Shown piece by piece: positions 53,701 to 59,440 of a DNA stretch of 64,000 bases. The translations under genes were made by a program, and so were the position numbers. Source of the stretch: Lytechinus pictus (lineage: Eukaryota). The DNA is taken from positions 4,900,001-4,964,000 of the forward strand of contig NC_087250.1 of NCBI RefSeq assembly GCF_037042905.1, in the 5' to 3' direction. Position 1 is the first letter of the stretch. Each line of letters opens with the position of its first letter. The notes under the pieces were generated by a model. The model was not told the origin of the DNA. It saw nothing but the letters and a program-made list of their open reading frames with translations, and searched no databases.

Positions 53701-56700
53701 GATGAAGCAAGACATACTCTACAGGAAGTAGGAGTGTGACCAAGGTCGGAATGTAACCTGGCATGTGATGTTGTTCTTCAGATAGATAGTTCGAAGGAAT
53801 TGCGTTGGATGCACATCCGCTGATTGTTACGACAGGGTAACGCCTTGGCCTCCAAAGAAGTCTTTGTAGAGAGAGATCGAGATGATGAAAAGTAGTTCTA
53901 AACATGCGCCTTGAAGAAACTCCCAAGAAGGAATCCTCTAGCACTATAATAGAAATCCGCAGAATAGATATTGGACAGAACTTTCGCTATATATTACTTT
54001 GTGCCAGAAACAGTCAGACTCTGATGCATTTGATTTTGTATTCAAAATGTTGTTTTATGCCTTGATGTATGCTTAATATTTTTGCTTCCATGTTTTCCTT
54101 TTCCTCTTTTCTAACCTTTCGTATGTCATTCTCATCTTGACATTTTCTGATCTCAATACAACTCTGTTTGCTCTTTCTATCTATTTCTGTATATATATTG
54201 TTTTGGGTTGTTAATGTAAGAACGTTACTTCCCTTTATGTACTATGCCAATGTATATACCTGTATATTTTTAACGATGTTTTAATGTTTTCTTTTCTTCA
54301 TGGGAAGAGCGAGATAACGTTCAAAGAAATTCATTTTTATGCTTTGTTGTTAATACCTGGTCCGAGGACAGCCCAGACTTGGGGAGGGGCTGTGTAGCAT
54401 AATGAGTTATGCCTTTAAGATGTATTTCATAGTTAAGTCGTAGAGGGCGATATTTTCATGTAGTGATATGCTTTACGATTATTGGAGAAGTACGTCAGTT
54501 CGCTGGGAGCTGCGGTGGCGTGCGGTTGTAAGATGTAAGCTCCGAATAAATCAAGTTGAACTGTATACTGAATATCTCCCAAGTTGCTTCATTTGCATGA
54601 TTTAGGGTGAGTGAGCGGGTGATCCGGTGTATTTCAGAGGAGCGAGAGAGTGTACCACGTTGCACAATATACTTTTGTGAACGAACCTGCCCCAAAAAGA
54701 GATATAAAAGTGAGGAGAAGCGTGGACCGGGTTCTGGAGACTGCGAGACGGCAGAACGCTACCCCCGACAGGGCCCGGTTACGCCACAGTATCAAAAGTA
54801 TTTGACAACAAAATGCAAGATAACAAATGAACTTTATGCTCATATTTAAAGGTCAGGTCCACCCCAGAAAAATGTTGATTTGAATAAAAAGAGAAAAATC
54901 AAACTAGTATAACGCTCAAAATTTCATCATAATTGGATGTATAAGAAGGTTATGACATTTTAAAGTTTCCATTATTTTTCACAAAACAGTGATATGCACA
55001 ATTCAGTGACATGCAAATGAGACAGTCGATGATGTCCCTTTACTCACTATTTATTTTATTTTTTATTGTTTGAATTATACAATATTGCATTTTTTGATAG
55101 ATTTGACAATAATGGACCAACTTGACTGAACCATGTACATGTACTATCAAATAATGCTAATTCCACATGTTCAGGGAGTAATTAATTGTTGTTTCACTTG
55201 ACAATGAGGAGAAAATTAGAATATGCCATCTTTCATATAATAAAATACAAAAGAAATAGTGAGTGGATGACGTCATCAAATTCCTCATTTGCATACCGAC
55301 TAGGATGTGCATATAACTGTTTTGTGAAATTAAGTGCAACTTTAAAATGTCATAACTTTCTTATTTTACATCCGATTTTGATGAAATTTTCAGTTTTATG
55401 CTTGTTGGATTTTTCTCTTTTTATTCAAATCAATGTTCTGTTGGGGTGGACTTGCCCTTCAATGAATTCTTAACATTGTAACCCCATCAAGGTACAACAA
55501 TGATGGCCGCACAGGTGACAATGCGTCATTCAGGGGAGCGTTTCATGAAAGGACTTGTTGGACGTTTTATCCGACACGTCCCATTTTATTCGACAGTCCT
55601 CATAGTAACAGTGCTTCACAGCCAATCAAAATCCAGAAAAGTTGTCAGATCTGACAAGTTGTTGGGCAAAAACGTTGATGCAACCGCTCCCCTGCTGTGT
55701 TTACCGAGGCAAAGCGATCTTAAAAACTACATCGCGAGGTGGTTTTCCGAACTGGTTTGGAAGATCGCTTCCAAGACCGCTTCGACCGTTCTCACTACGC
55801 GTTAAAATTCTACCAAATTAGTTTCCAGTACTAGTTTTAGGAACGTAGTGAGAACGGTGGCTAAGAAATGAGCTTGACTTTGACAAGTAGTCATCATCTG
55901 AATCATATACAGGCCCAGGCACTTATAAAACATACTTACTCCTGCATCGTACGGGTGAGGAGCATAGTCTCCGCCCCCATACGGGTCATGTGACAGTGAT
56001 CTGGTTGTGTTGCCGTATGGGCTGGCGTATGCTGTAAAGACACAAAAGACAATCAGAAAAACGGATGAAATATTAAAAATGTGTTCTTATGAAACAATAA
56101 GCACTGGATAAAAATATATATCAAAAGAGAATATCAAATTTATTTAGTTAATTATTGCAAAACAAAACAAAAGTTTGATATCTGAGTGAAAAAAGTGAGT
56201 TTTAGAATAAGAATGTTCGATCAGTGATACCACATAGGATTGATGAATATTTAGGAAATCAGTATACGCAGAAATCATCCACTGGTAGCTTGCATGGAAT
56301 CCTTGATTCTGATTGGCTGTTGATCATCGTTACCATGGTAGATGCAATTACATGTAGATTGCAAAGTTACCGTAATAGTAACTTTTATGTAACGGCATCC
56401 AGGCATGAAAAAAATGCTTTGAATCAAGGCTTTTATTGGACTCATAGTGGGGCAACTTATACACAGTTTATACATGTAGTATTAAGTATCCTATGCTGAC
56501 TAGGGCCCCGTCTTACAAATAGTTATGATGGATCCAATCAATCGTAACTCTATGGAAATCAATCAGTGTCATAAATTTTTCTACTGGTAATATGCACAAT
56601 GTCCTTTGTAAACTAAGAGAAGCACAGTGAATTTTCCAGAAAACAATGAATGCATGAATATACATCATAGTTAGGAAATATTTTGAACATGCATAATGTT

Positions 56701-57796
56701 GACGTTGCTGGCCTTCCATAGTTGTTATTGATCGGATCAATCGCAAATACCTGTAAGACAGGTCCCAAGGATGGCATCTCACAGCGCTTTGTTATTTCGT
56801 TGAAAATGCACTGAGAAAACATCAACTCATCATCATCATCAGCCATTATCAGCCCACTGCAAGGCGAAGGCCTTCCCAAGTTGGTGCCAAAGGTGCTTGT
56901 CTTGTGCTGATGTAATCCACCTTGAGCCAATAAACTTTTTGAGCTCGTCACTCCATCTTAATTTTTGTCTACCCCGATTTCATAGAAATATTAAATATTA
57001 TTAACTATTATCACGTGCGATTAAAAAATAAAATACCCCAGACGGGTATGTCATAAAGCTGTTCGTAAAGCAGACCTGCCAACCTCTGGGAATGAAAAAC
57101 TGTATTCTGTGATTAAAAAAACTGTATTTTTCCCCAAAAAAATGTATTTCATAATAAAATGCTTGGCGCACTCGCATATCGCAGCGCTCAAGCTGCATGC
57201 AAGCTAAAATGCGCACTGCTCTTGCAGATGAAAAAAAAACATTGAAACATGTGTATAACTTCACCCTGGTTTTAACAATATGATTGAAATAAAAAACAAG
57301 TTACCTGAAATTACATTGATCTAATAACCACATTTCTGTACGTTTTATGAAATAGAGACATATAGAGATGATTTTTTTCAATAAATTACGATTTTGTAAA
57401 AAAAAATTATATATACATGTATATATATATACTGTATATATTTTTTTTTACAAAAACATATTTTTTAAAGAAAAGACATACATGTACTGCCGTATTTTGG
57501 TTGCAAAAACGTACTAAATACGCCTAAAACGTACTGGTTGGCAGGTCTGGTAAAGTTACAAGCGACTTAAGTAACGGCTGGTGATCCTTTCTTAAGGCAA
57601 GTGGTACACACCTGATTTCCATTAACATTGATTTTAAGGGTCACCAGTCGTTTGTTAAGTCGCTCGTAACTTGTGAACAGCTTTATGAAACACTAAACCA
57701 GGATTCCAGCGCGTTGCCAATTTGAAGTACTTACGATCTGAATACTGTAGTGATTCCATGTTGGGATCTTCAACGTTCCTCTCTCCTAATTCTCTT
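4219..57796 (-). CDS. CTNND2: Catenin delta-2 / p120-subfamily armadillo protein, 5'-partial, 25 exons (some probably alternative), 3238 coding nt
   Basis: GT-AG exons with compatible phases join into one frame. ARM motifs [100 protein letters not shown]-terminal GDSWV*. Confidence 0.93.
4457..4607. mobile_element. Harbinger-like MITE, CTG TSD
   Basis: 25-bp TIR gggcccgttgcataaaacttttgcc. Confidence 0.85.
4625..5232 (+). mobile_element. MITE family A interrupted by a minus-strand LINE 3' end (~4727-5062)
   Basis: MITE homology on both sides; insert has stem-loop ggggcttgcc..ggcaagcccc and tail aataaatctaatcta. Confidence 0.75.
5654..5962. mobile_element. hAT-like MITE with 5-bp TSD (atcag)
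   Basis: TIR cagggttcccacag. Confidence 0.8.
6080..6213 (-). CDS. CTNND2: delta-catenin penultimate exon ([16 protein letters not shown]...SVYGR)
   Basis: ttccttag| ... |gtgcgt; phase 1 to 0. Confidence 0.85.
6897..7588. mobile_element. MITE family B with nested MITE A (6917-7192) and a retro-tail insert (~7454-7546)
   Basis: colinear with 40537-40828 plus 47745-47768. Confidence 0.85.
7795..7897. mobile_element. Short palindromic MITE
   Basis: ctttcacaattg ... caattgtgaaag; ttaa flanks. Confidence 0.55.
8225..8290 (-). CDS. CTNND2: candidate cassette exon ([21 protein letters not shown])
   Basis: pyrimidine/TG tract, tatgtag| ... |gtaggt; 66 nt, phase 1-1. Confidence 0.65.
9467..10056. 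mobile_element. Kolobok-like non-autonomous DNA transposon (family C)
   Basis: TTAA|AGGAGAATGAAAC...TTTCATTCTCCT|TTAA; near-identical copy at 31117-31700. Confidence 0.88.
10529..10844 (+). mobile_element. MITE family A
   Basis: TIRs and family homology. Confidence 0.82.
11189..11495. mobile_element. Kolobok-like family D, internally deleted
   Basis: ttaa|aggtcaagtccacccc ... ggggtggacgtgacct. Confidence 0.8.
11625..11678 (-). CDS. CTNND2: candidate cassette exon ([17 protein letters not shown])
   Basis: gactccag| ... |gtaaca; 54 nt, phase 1-1. Confidence 0.6.
11791..13377. mobile_element. CAAGG-ended DNA transposon (P/hAT-like), 7-bp duplication ttaaagg
   Basis: TIR caaggctc(g/c)acatta(g/a)c; subterminal ggtggccc repeats. 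Confidence 0.78.
13382..13776. mobile_element. Kolobok-like element (family E)
   Basis: TTAA flanks; AG..CT termini. Confidence 0.65.
14291..14452 (-). CDS. CTNND2: delta-catenin C-terminal exon ([12 protein letters not shown]...VDRDFAA)
   Basis: attccag| ... |gtaaga; 162 nt, phase 1-1. Confidence 0.8.
14593..15660. repeat. (ATC/ACC)n cryptic microsatellite with ~450-bp internal duplication
   Basis: direct inspection. Confidence 0.95.
15671..15872 (-). CDS. CTNND2: delta-catenin exon ([20 protein letters not shown]...QRHTS)
   Basis: acacag| ... |gtgagt; MW..KD.R..YKKDGW family motif. Confidence 0.93.
16772..16865 (-). CDS. CTNND2: delta-catenin ARM exon ([12 protein letters not shown]...VIKAAYQ)
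   Basis: ctgcag| ... |gtaggt. Confidence 0.92.
16927..17200 (-). mobile_element. SINE fragment (core plus tail)
   Basis: cctaccgggtacccatt core; attaccccgg junction. Confidence 0.65.
17346..17490 (-). CDS. CTNND2: delta-catenin ARM exon ([13 protein letters not shown]...NQENAK)
   Basis: ttttag| ... |gtaagt. Confidence 0.93.
17727..17874. mobile_element. Harbinger-like MITE
   Basis: gggcc(c/t)gtttcataaag TIR. Confidence 0.75.
18391..19140. mobile_element. piggyBac-like non-autonomous element
   Basis: TTAA|CCCTAA...TTAGGG|TTAA; abuts the right end of a family D fragment (~18239-18386). Confidence 0.8.
19160..19310 (-). CDS. CTNND2: delta-catenin ARM exon ([22 protein letters not shown]...NKDLI)
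   Basis: tttcag| ... |gtaagc. Confidence 0.95.
19369..19657 (-). mobile_element. tRNA-derived SINE
   Basis: same head and tail as 1695-1993. Confidence 0.88.
20454..20640 (-). CDS. CTNND2: delta-catenin ARM exon (KTGTWNPSQ...[10 protein letters not shown]...NVTAGEWQ)
   Basis: ttgcag| ... |gtgagt. Confidence 0.93.
20914..20992 (-). CDS. CTNND2: delta-catenin insert-loop exon ([27 protein letters not shown])
   Basis: gaccag| ... |gtaagt; CFG-polybasic motif like p120 SCFGAKK. Confidence 0.88.
22047..22178. mobile_element. MITE family F (gggagcgtttcat TIR)
   Basis: paralogs at 22550-22699 and 55534-55691; degenerate copy ~29570-29717. Confidence 0.78.
22219..22360 (-). CDS. CTNND2: delta-catenin ARM exon ([16 protein letters not shown]...SQQKK)
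   Basis: tgtcag| ... |gtaagt. Confidence 0.93.
22550..22699. mobile_element. MITE family F
   Basis: TIRs and family homology. Confidence 0.8.
22746..23185. repeat. (GAT/GGT)n microsatellite
   Basis: direct inspection. Confidence 0.95.
23214..23331 (-). CDS. CTNND2: delta-catenin ARM exon ([24 protein letters not shown]...DMDNQ)
   Basis: ctacag| ... |gttag. Confidence 0.92.
23261..24135 (-). repeat. ~151-bp tandem repeat of a splice acceptor plus exon 5' half (5 copies)
   Basis: plus-strand ctg (acceptor CAG) at 23332, 23484, 23635, 23933, 24084. Confidence 0.92.
23774..23918. mobile_element. Harbinger-like MITE with CTG TSD in a duplicated exon fragment
   Basis: empty site cccacCTGaactc is visible in the sister repeats. 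Confidence 0.88.
24336..24490 (-). CDS. CTNND2: delta-catenin ARM exon ([11 protein letters not shown]...NATGCLR)
   Basis: ccaacag| ... |gtatg. Confidence 0.93.
24694..24975 (-). mobile_element. tRNA-derived SINE, third tail type
   Basis: head nearly identical to the 1695-1993 copy. Confidence 0.88.
25283..25330 (-). CDS. CTNND2: delta-catenin ARM exon ([16 protein letters not shown])
   Basis: attag| ... |gtgag; GTLWNLSS motif. Confidence 0.92.
25379..26861. repeat. (ATC/ACC)n microsatellite, ~1.5 kb
   Basis: direct inspection. Confidence 0.95.
26887..27076 (-). CDS. CTNND2: delta-catenin ARM exon ([12 protein letters not shown]...LLRTSSDTE)
   Basis: ctacag| ... |gtgag; [11 protein letters not shown]. 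Confidence 0.95.
28018..28156 (-). CDS. CTNND2: delta-catenin exon, first ARM repeat ([17 protein letters not shown]...IKRKTR)
   Basis: tttgtag| ... |gtatcc; p120-family ARM1 motif. Confidence 0.93.
28559..28872. mobile_element. hAT MITE, 8-bp TSD gtaccaac
   Basis: TIR cagtgtt(c/a)tagcta. Confidence 0.85.
30832..30945 (-). CDS. CTNND2: candidate cassette exon ([38 protein letters not shown])
   Basis: pyrimidine-rich upstream, atcag| ... |gtgaga; 114 nt, phase 1-1. Confidence 0.55.
31117..31700. mobile_element. Kolobok-like element, family C
   Basis: TTAA TSD; long TIRs. Confidence 0.88.
32352..32399 (-). CDS. CTNND2: candidate cassette exon ([16 protein letters not shown])
   Basis: ttcttgtag| ... 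|gtatcc; 48 nt, phase 1-1. Confidence 0.5.
33036..33340. mobile_element. MITE with ataggccggggc TIR
   Basis: 12-bp terminal inverted repeat. Confidence 0.55.
33627..33773 (-). CDS. CTNND2: delta-catenin exon, symmetric phase 1 ([11 protein letters not shown]...DPFIPPEK)
   Basis: gaaatag| ... |gtcag; 147 nt open. Confidence 0.8.
34271..34846. mobile_element. Kolobok-like family D
   Basis: TTAA flanks; homology to the 54850 and 63083 copies. Confidence 0.85.
36305..37530. repeat. ~300-360-bp diverged tandem repeat (4 copies)
   Basis: tcttgtaagctc..at.tacata recurs at ~36421, 36723, 37033, 37396. Confidence 0.85.
38916..39312. mobile_element. hAT-like MITE with 6-bp TSD (aatata)
   Basis: TIR caga(c/g)ctgc(t/c)aacc; paralog at 57071. 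Confidence 0.82.
41044..41880 (+). CDS. LINE ORF1 (coiled-coil plus RRM-like, L1 ORF1-type)
   Basis: 278 aa; motifs [26 protein letters not shown]. Confidence 0.85.
   Translation: MQKDSMTTRLRSYSTTGAIPKDPKSRDPPQQQDDPKPPREPTLSEIRETILSSSASTNRKLDILTTEIASIKRKQDEFEEALKNNSDEIAFLHKEKLPNLEKEMEKKIAQLEGKIMEMEIYSRRGNLLFYGVKETRDENVYDVLQKTFVDLGVEDSSDIKIAIAHRLPRRVHGVQANSTRSQAPNPIIAKFLFMGDRNRILSTFENSQRRRDADTVGDKITVRTDLPPILKAKRGALAKIAYNLRKTKGVSTKIVVIGPTVQLQWKEKNTTKWNIYRD
44005..47262 (+). CDS. LINE ORF2: apurinic endonuclease plus reverse transcriptase
   Basis: 1085 aa; NIRSL, GLCETWL, GDFN, SDHFP (APE); [28 protein letters not shown] (RT). Confidence 0.96.
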   Translation: MFLLLQWIHISLYVDFDQLQCSTKENIYSLCYVCIYICILPNLCAMPMSMDVFPMHSLDENEFTSLFNNSHTQFLPSHGDGADNFEESISEQLNHEMQSLSVTIDPNDLLSPISESKYLTENKFVKEYSAFKKDMSFFQFNIRSLSKNLDNFKSFLDTLSFDFSVIGLCETWLTDGNYPLHLLDMYSYFGNNRKNKTGGGVGLYVLNQFQTKSLEELNQMSDLAETVFVEIIVPRGKNIVIGEIYKPPQANPLDFFELLEGLLSAPTLQNKVCFIMGDFNLDLLKCNSCNVCQQFYDIMLSKSFLPLINKPTRISDVSSTLIDNIFTNVDQCLSSGIIISDMSDHFPVFTFSPTPDHIINCSRSMTRNYSEDNLCKFRECLAQADWSQVYTNSDPNEAYNIFVNRFLNLYNTNIPLKSSSWNYKKTPRSPWITMSLLRCINRKNRLFYKYKKVKSDQSKRRYSSYRNTLTTLLRTAKKNYFSRQFEENKYDVSSTWKVINNVLNKKPKSLSISTIMINSSENRNPMLIAETFNDYFINIGPNLARDIPNSDVDFRSFLKEPNGQSIFFTPITSREIMIIVKDLKTKKSSGYDNITNFLLKKTINEIVQPLTYLFNLSLITGVVPEKMKISKVIPIHKKGNKHDIGNYRPISLLSSFSKILEKLIYSRTVNFLNKYNILSKVQFGFRKKHSTTHALLMFIDKIATSIDAFSHTVGLFLDFSKAFDTINHDILIFKLSHYGIRGKALEWFRSYLSNRQQFVCIKNQESHKKLITCGVPQGSLLGPLLFLIYINDFQNCSNILSFLLFADDSNIFISHKNPQSLLQTLNHELIFVLNWIHSNKLSLNINKSNYILFSNTIANLPGPVFLNNTPLVKVDTTKFLGVYIDSKLTWKAHINHISKIISRNTGVICKLKSSFPTRVLLCLYSTLILPYLNYGILSWGNSSKLHINKILLIQKRLIRIINNASYRAHSMPLFYSCNVLQIYDLYAFNLGIFMFQLSRKELPITVSSLFRRNDEIHSYPTRQSHYYHLPRTRTAFSHKTIIVTGPLFWNELLTDFKDCNSIYTFKRKLKIYILNKYLNDNSSAP
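48940..49119 (-). CDS. CTNND2: delta-catenin exon, symmetric phase 1 ([12 protein letters not shown]...ATSPGP)
   Basis: ctccctcccag| ... |gtatga; 180 nt open, GC-rich. Confidence 0.7.
49395..50070 (+). repeat. Polypurine (GA-rich) low-complexity tract
   Basis: mostly G/A; recurring aatggcggtacaggggaag. Confidence 0.9.
50082..50224 (-). CDS. CTNND2: delta-catenin exon ([15 protein letters not shown]...HTPPPA)
   Basis: tgtttag| ... |gtatg; phase 2 to 1. Confidence 0.85.
50330..50820. repeat. (ATC/ACC)n microsatellite
   Basis: direct inspection. Confidence 0.9.
50856..51082 (-). CDS. CTNND2: delta-catenin exon ([10 protein letters not shown]...EDPYGTRD)
   Basis: catttgcag| ... |gtgag; phase 0 to 2. 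Confidence 0.85.
51245..51452. mobile_element. SINE-like fragment with tRNA-like head
   Basis: gggaatcgaacccc (B box on the minus strand) at ~51398-51410. Confidence 0.45.
51901..51919 (+). other. Primer-binding site, tRNA-Leu-like
   Basis: TGGTGGCCGCGGTGGGATT just after the 5' LTR; one mismatch to the complement of a typical tRNA-Leu 3' end. Confidence 0.7.
52005..53190 (+). repeat. ~50-bp GC-rich minisatellite inside the LTR element
   Basis: unit gcctacacacgttggtgaatagcgccctgagtgtgtgtggcggagatagc, with interspersed cctggagagaggcaagaag variants. Confidence 0.92.
54850..55458. mobile_element. Kolobok-like family D
   Basis: TIRs and homology. Confidence 0.85.
55534..55691. mobile_element. 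MITE family F
   Basis: TIRs and family homology. Confidence 0.8.
55940..56031 (-). CDS. CTNND2: delta-catenin exon ([31 protein letters not shown])
   Basis: ctttacag| ... |gtaagt; phase 1 to 0. Confidence 0.8.
56504..56765 (-). mobile_element. MITE family A, reverse orientation
   Basis: family homology. Confidence 0.8.
56828..56975 (-). mobile_element. RTE-clade LINE 3' fragment
   Basis: [44 protein letters not shown] followed by (TGA)n tail. Confidence 0.75.
57071..57549. mobile_element. hAT-like MITE with 6-bp TSD (gtaaag), nested in another MITE (~57043-57695)
   Basis: TIR cagacctgccaacc; host arms cataaagctgttc / gaacagctttatg. Confidence 0.85.
57735..57796 (-). CDS. CTNND2: delta-catenin exon ([20 protein letters not shown])
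   Basis: tctcgcag| ... |gtaagt; phase fits next exon. Confidence 0.7.
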
Positions 57797-58957
57797 CTGC
57801 GAGATACAAAATACAAAACAAATTTAGTTGAAATTGTGGGTGCCTATTAAACTACGCATATGAAGTAAAGCAAGCTAGGGGTTCAATTCACGGTGCAGGC
57901 CTTCTGTCCTTGAGTACTACATTTAACATACAATGCATTGTTATATTTACATCAAATATTAACTGAAAATGTCACATGCATTGATTGATACCGATATGTG
58001 CACATGTTTTGAAGAAAAAAATTAGACAAAATAATTATCCAAACTATGAAACATGCAATAAAAGAAAATATTGACACAAAATTTCGAAAGCAGCACTGTA
58101 AGGCATGCAAAAATTGTGAAAAACCAAAGAATAACTGAACATTTAATATAAGGTTAGTGCTTATTAAAGTTGTTAGGATCACAGCATGTCACAGTTTATG
58201 AACATCATGGAAGTACAAGTATTGTAGCATGCAATACAACTTTGCTAATAGAACGCTGATGGCAGGATTCATGAGTATGAATAATATACATGTACATGTA
58301 AATATGGTGTTTTATTATTTCATATTTTGCATTGTGAATTGCTACATTTTACTCATGGATGTTCTAATATGGTGTAAATCTGTTTTACTGGAATCGAATA
58401 AATACTGAAATGAATTGAACTAAATTGAATGAGAGTTTATGCTTGATGAATAACTCATTATACTTGTGGTACCGACAGTCACTGACTATGCATGAAAATC
58501 ATAAATCATTTTTTTAAAGGCTGAAAATAAACGTGAAAAAGGGCTGAAAATAAACATGAAAAACAAAGCATGAAAATGTATTGTATTTGTAAATACTGTG
58601 CATGGGATGAACATGGCATGCGGTGTTCACGTACTGAACAGAACAAACTGAAATAACATGAAAAGCCGAGACACAAAAAAGTACAGTAATCGAGATTACA
58701 ATACAAAACAACAAATGAATAAACATCAGTTTGTACTGCTATCTGAGTGTTTATAATCAGCAAAAAATACATGCATGTACATGTACCAAGTAGTCCGGAA
58801 GGCCTATTTTCACACCTATTAGAACAGACAAGTTGCACTTTCACAGACATATCATGCGTTGATGTGCAGATGAAGTAATAACCAAAAGTATCATACTCTG
58901 TTGCTTTGTCCTTTAGAATTCTGCGATTGGCATATCAAAAGGACAAGGGTACACCTG

Positions 58958-59440
58958 TGCCCTGTCTTACAACGAGTTGTGATTGATCCGATTAATCACA
59001 ACTGTGGACGGCCAGCAACGTCAACATATAAAATGCATGTTTGTTCAAAATATTTTCTAGATTTGATGTATATTCATACATTCACCGCTTTCTTGACAAT
59101 TCAGTATGCTTCTCTTTGTTTTCGAAAGAACATTGTGCAAATTTCCTGTTGATAAAAATTATGACACTGATGGATTTCCATAGAGTAAAGATTGATCCGG
59201 TCAACCTCTAGAAGATATATATGGAAATCCATCAATATATGTTTTTCTTTAGGAAATTTGCACGATCTCCTTTATAGTAAACAAAGAGAAGCATACTGAA
59301 GTGTCAAGAAAACAGTGAATGTATGAATATGAATCATATCTAGAAAATATATTGAACAAGCATGTATTTTTAGATGTTGACGTTGCTGGCTTTCCATAGT
59401 TGTTGAACGAATCAATCATAACTCTTTGTAAGACAGGGCC
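58958..59440. mobile_element. Two family A MITEs fused in inverted orientation
   Basis: ~58958-59195 forward, ~59220-59440 reverse. Confidence 0.78.

Larger units (their letters stand above)
51504..54788 (+). mobile_element. Non-autonomous LTR retrotransposon (Gypsy-like 4-bp TSD)
   Basis: 396-bp TG..CA LTRs at 51504-51899 and 54393-54788; GTAT TSD; PBS at 51901; PPT ggggagggg at 54381; no gag/pol ORF. Confidence 0.92.

Noticed and set aside
53216..53944. Short ORFs inside the LTR element as gag/pol
   Set aside because: No recognisable gag, protease, RT or integrase motifs
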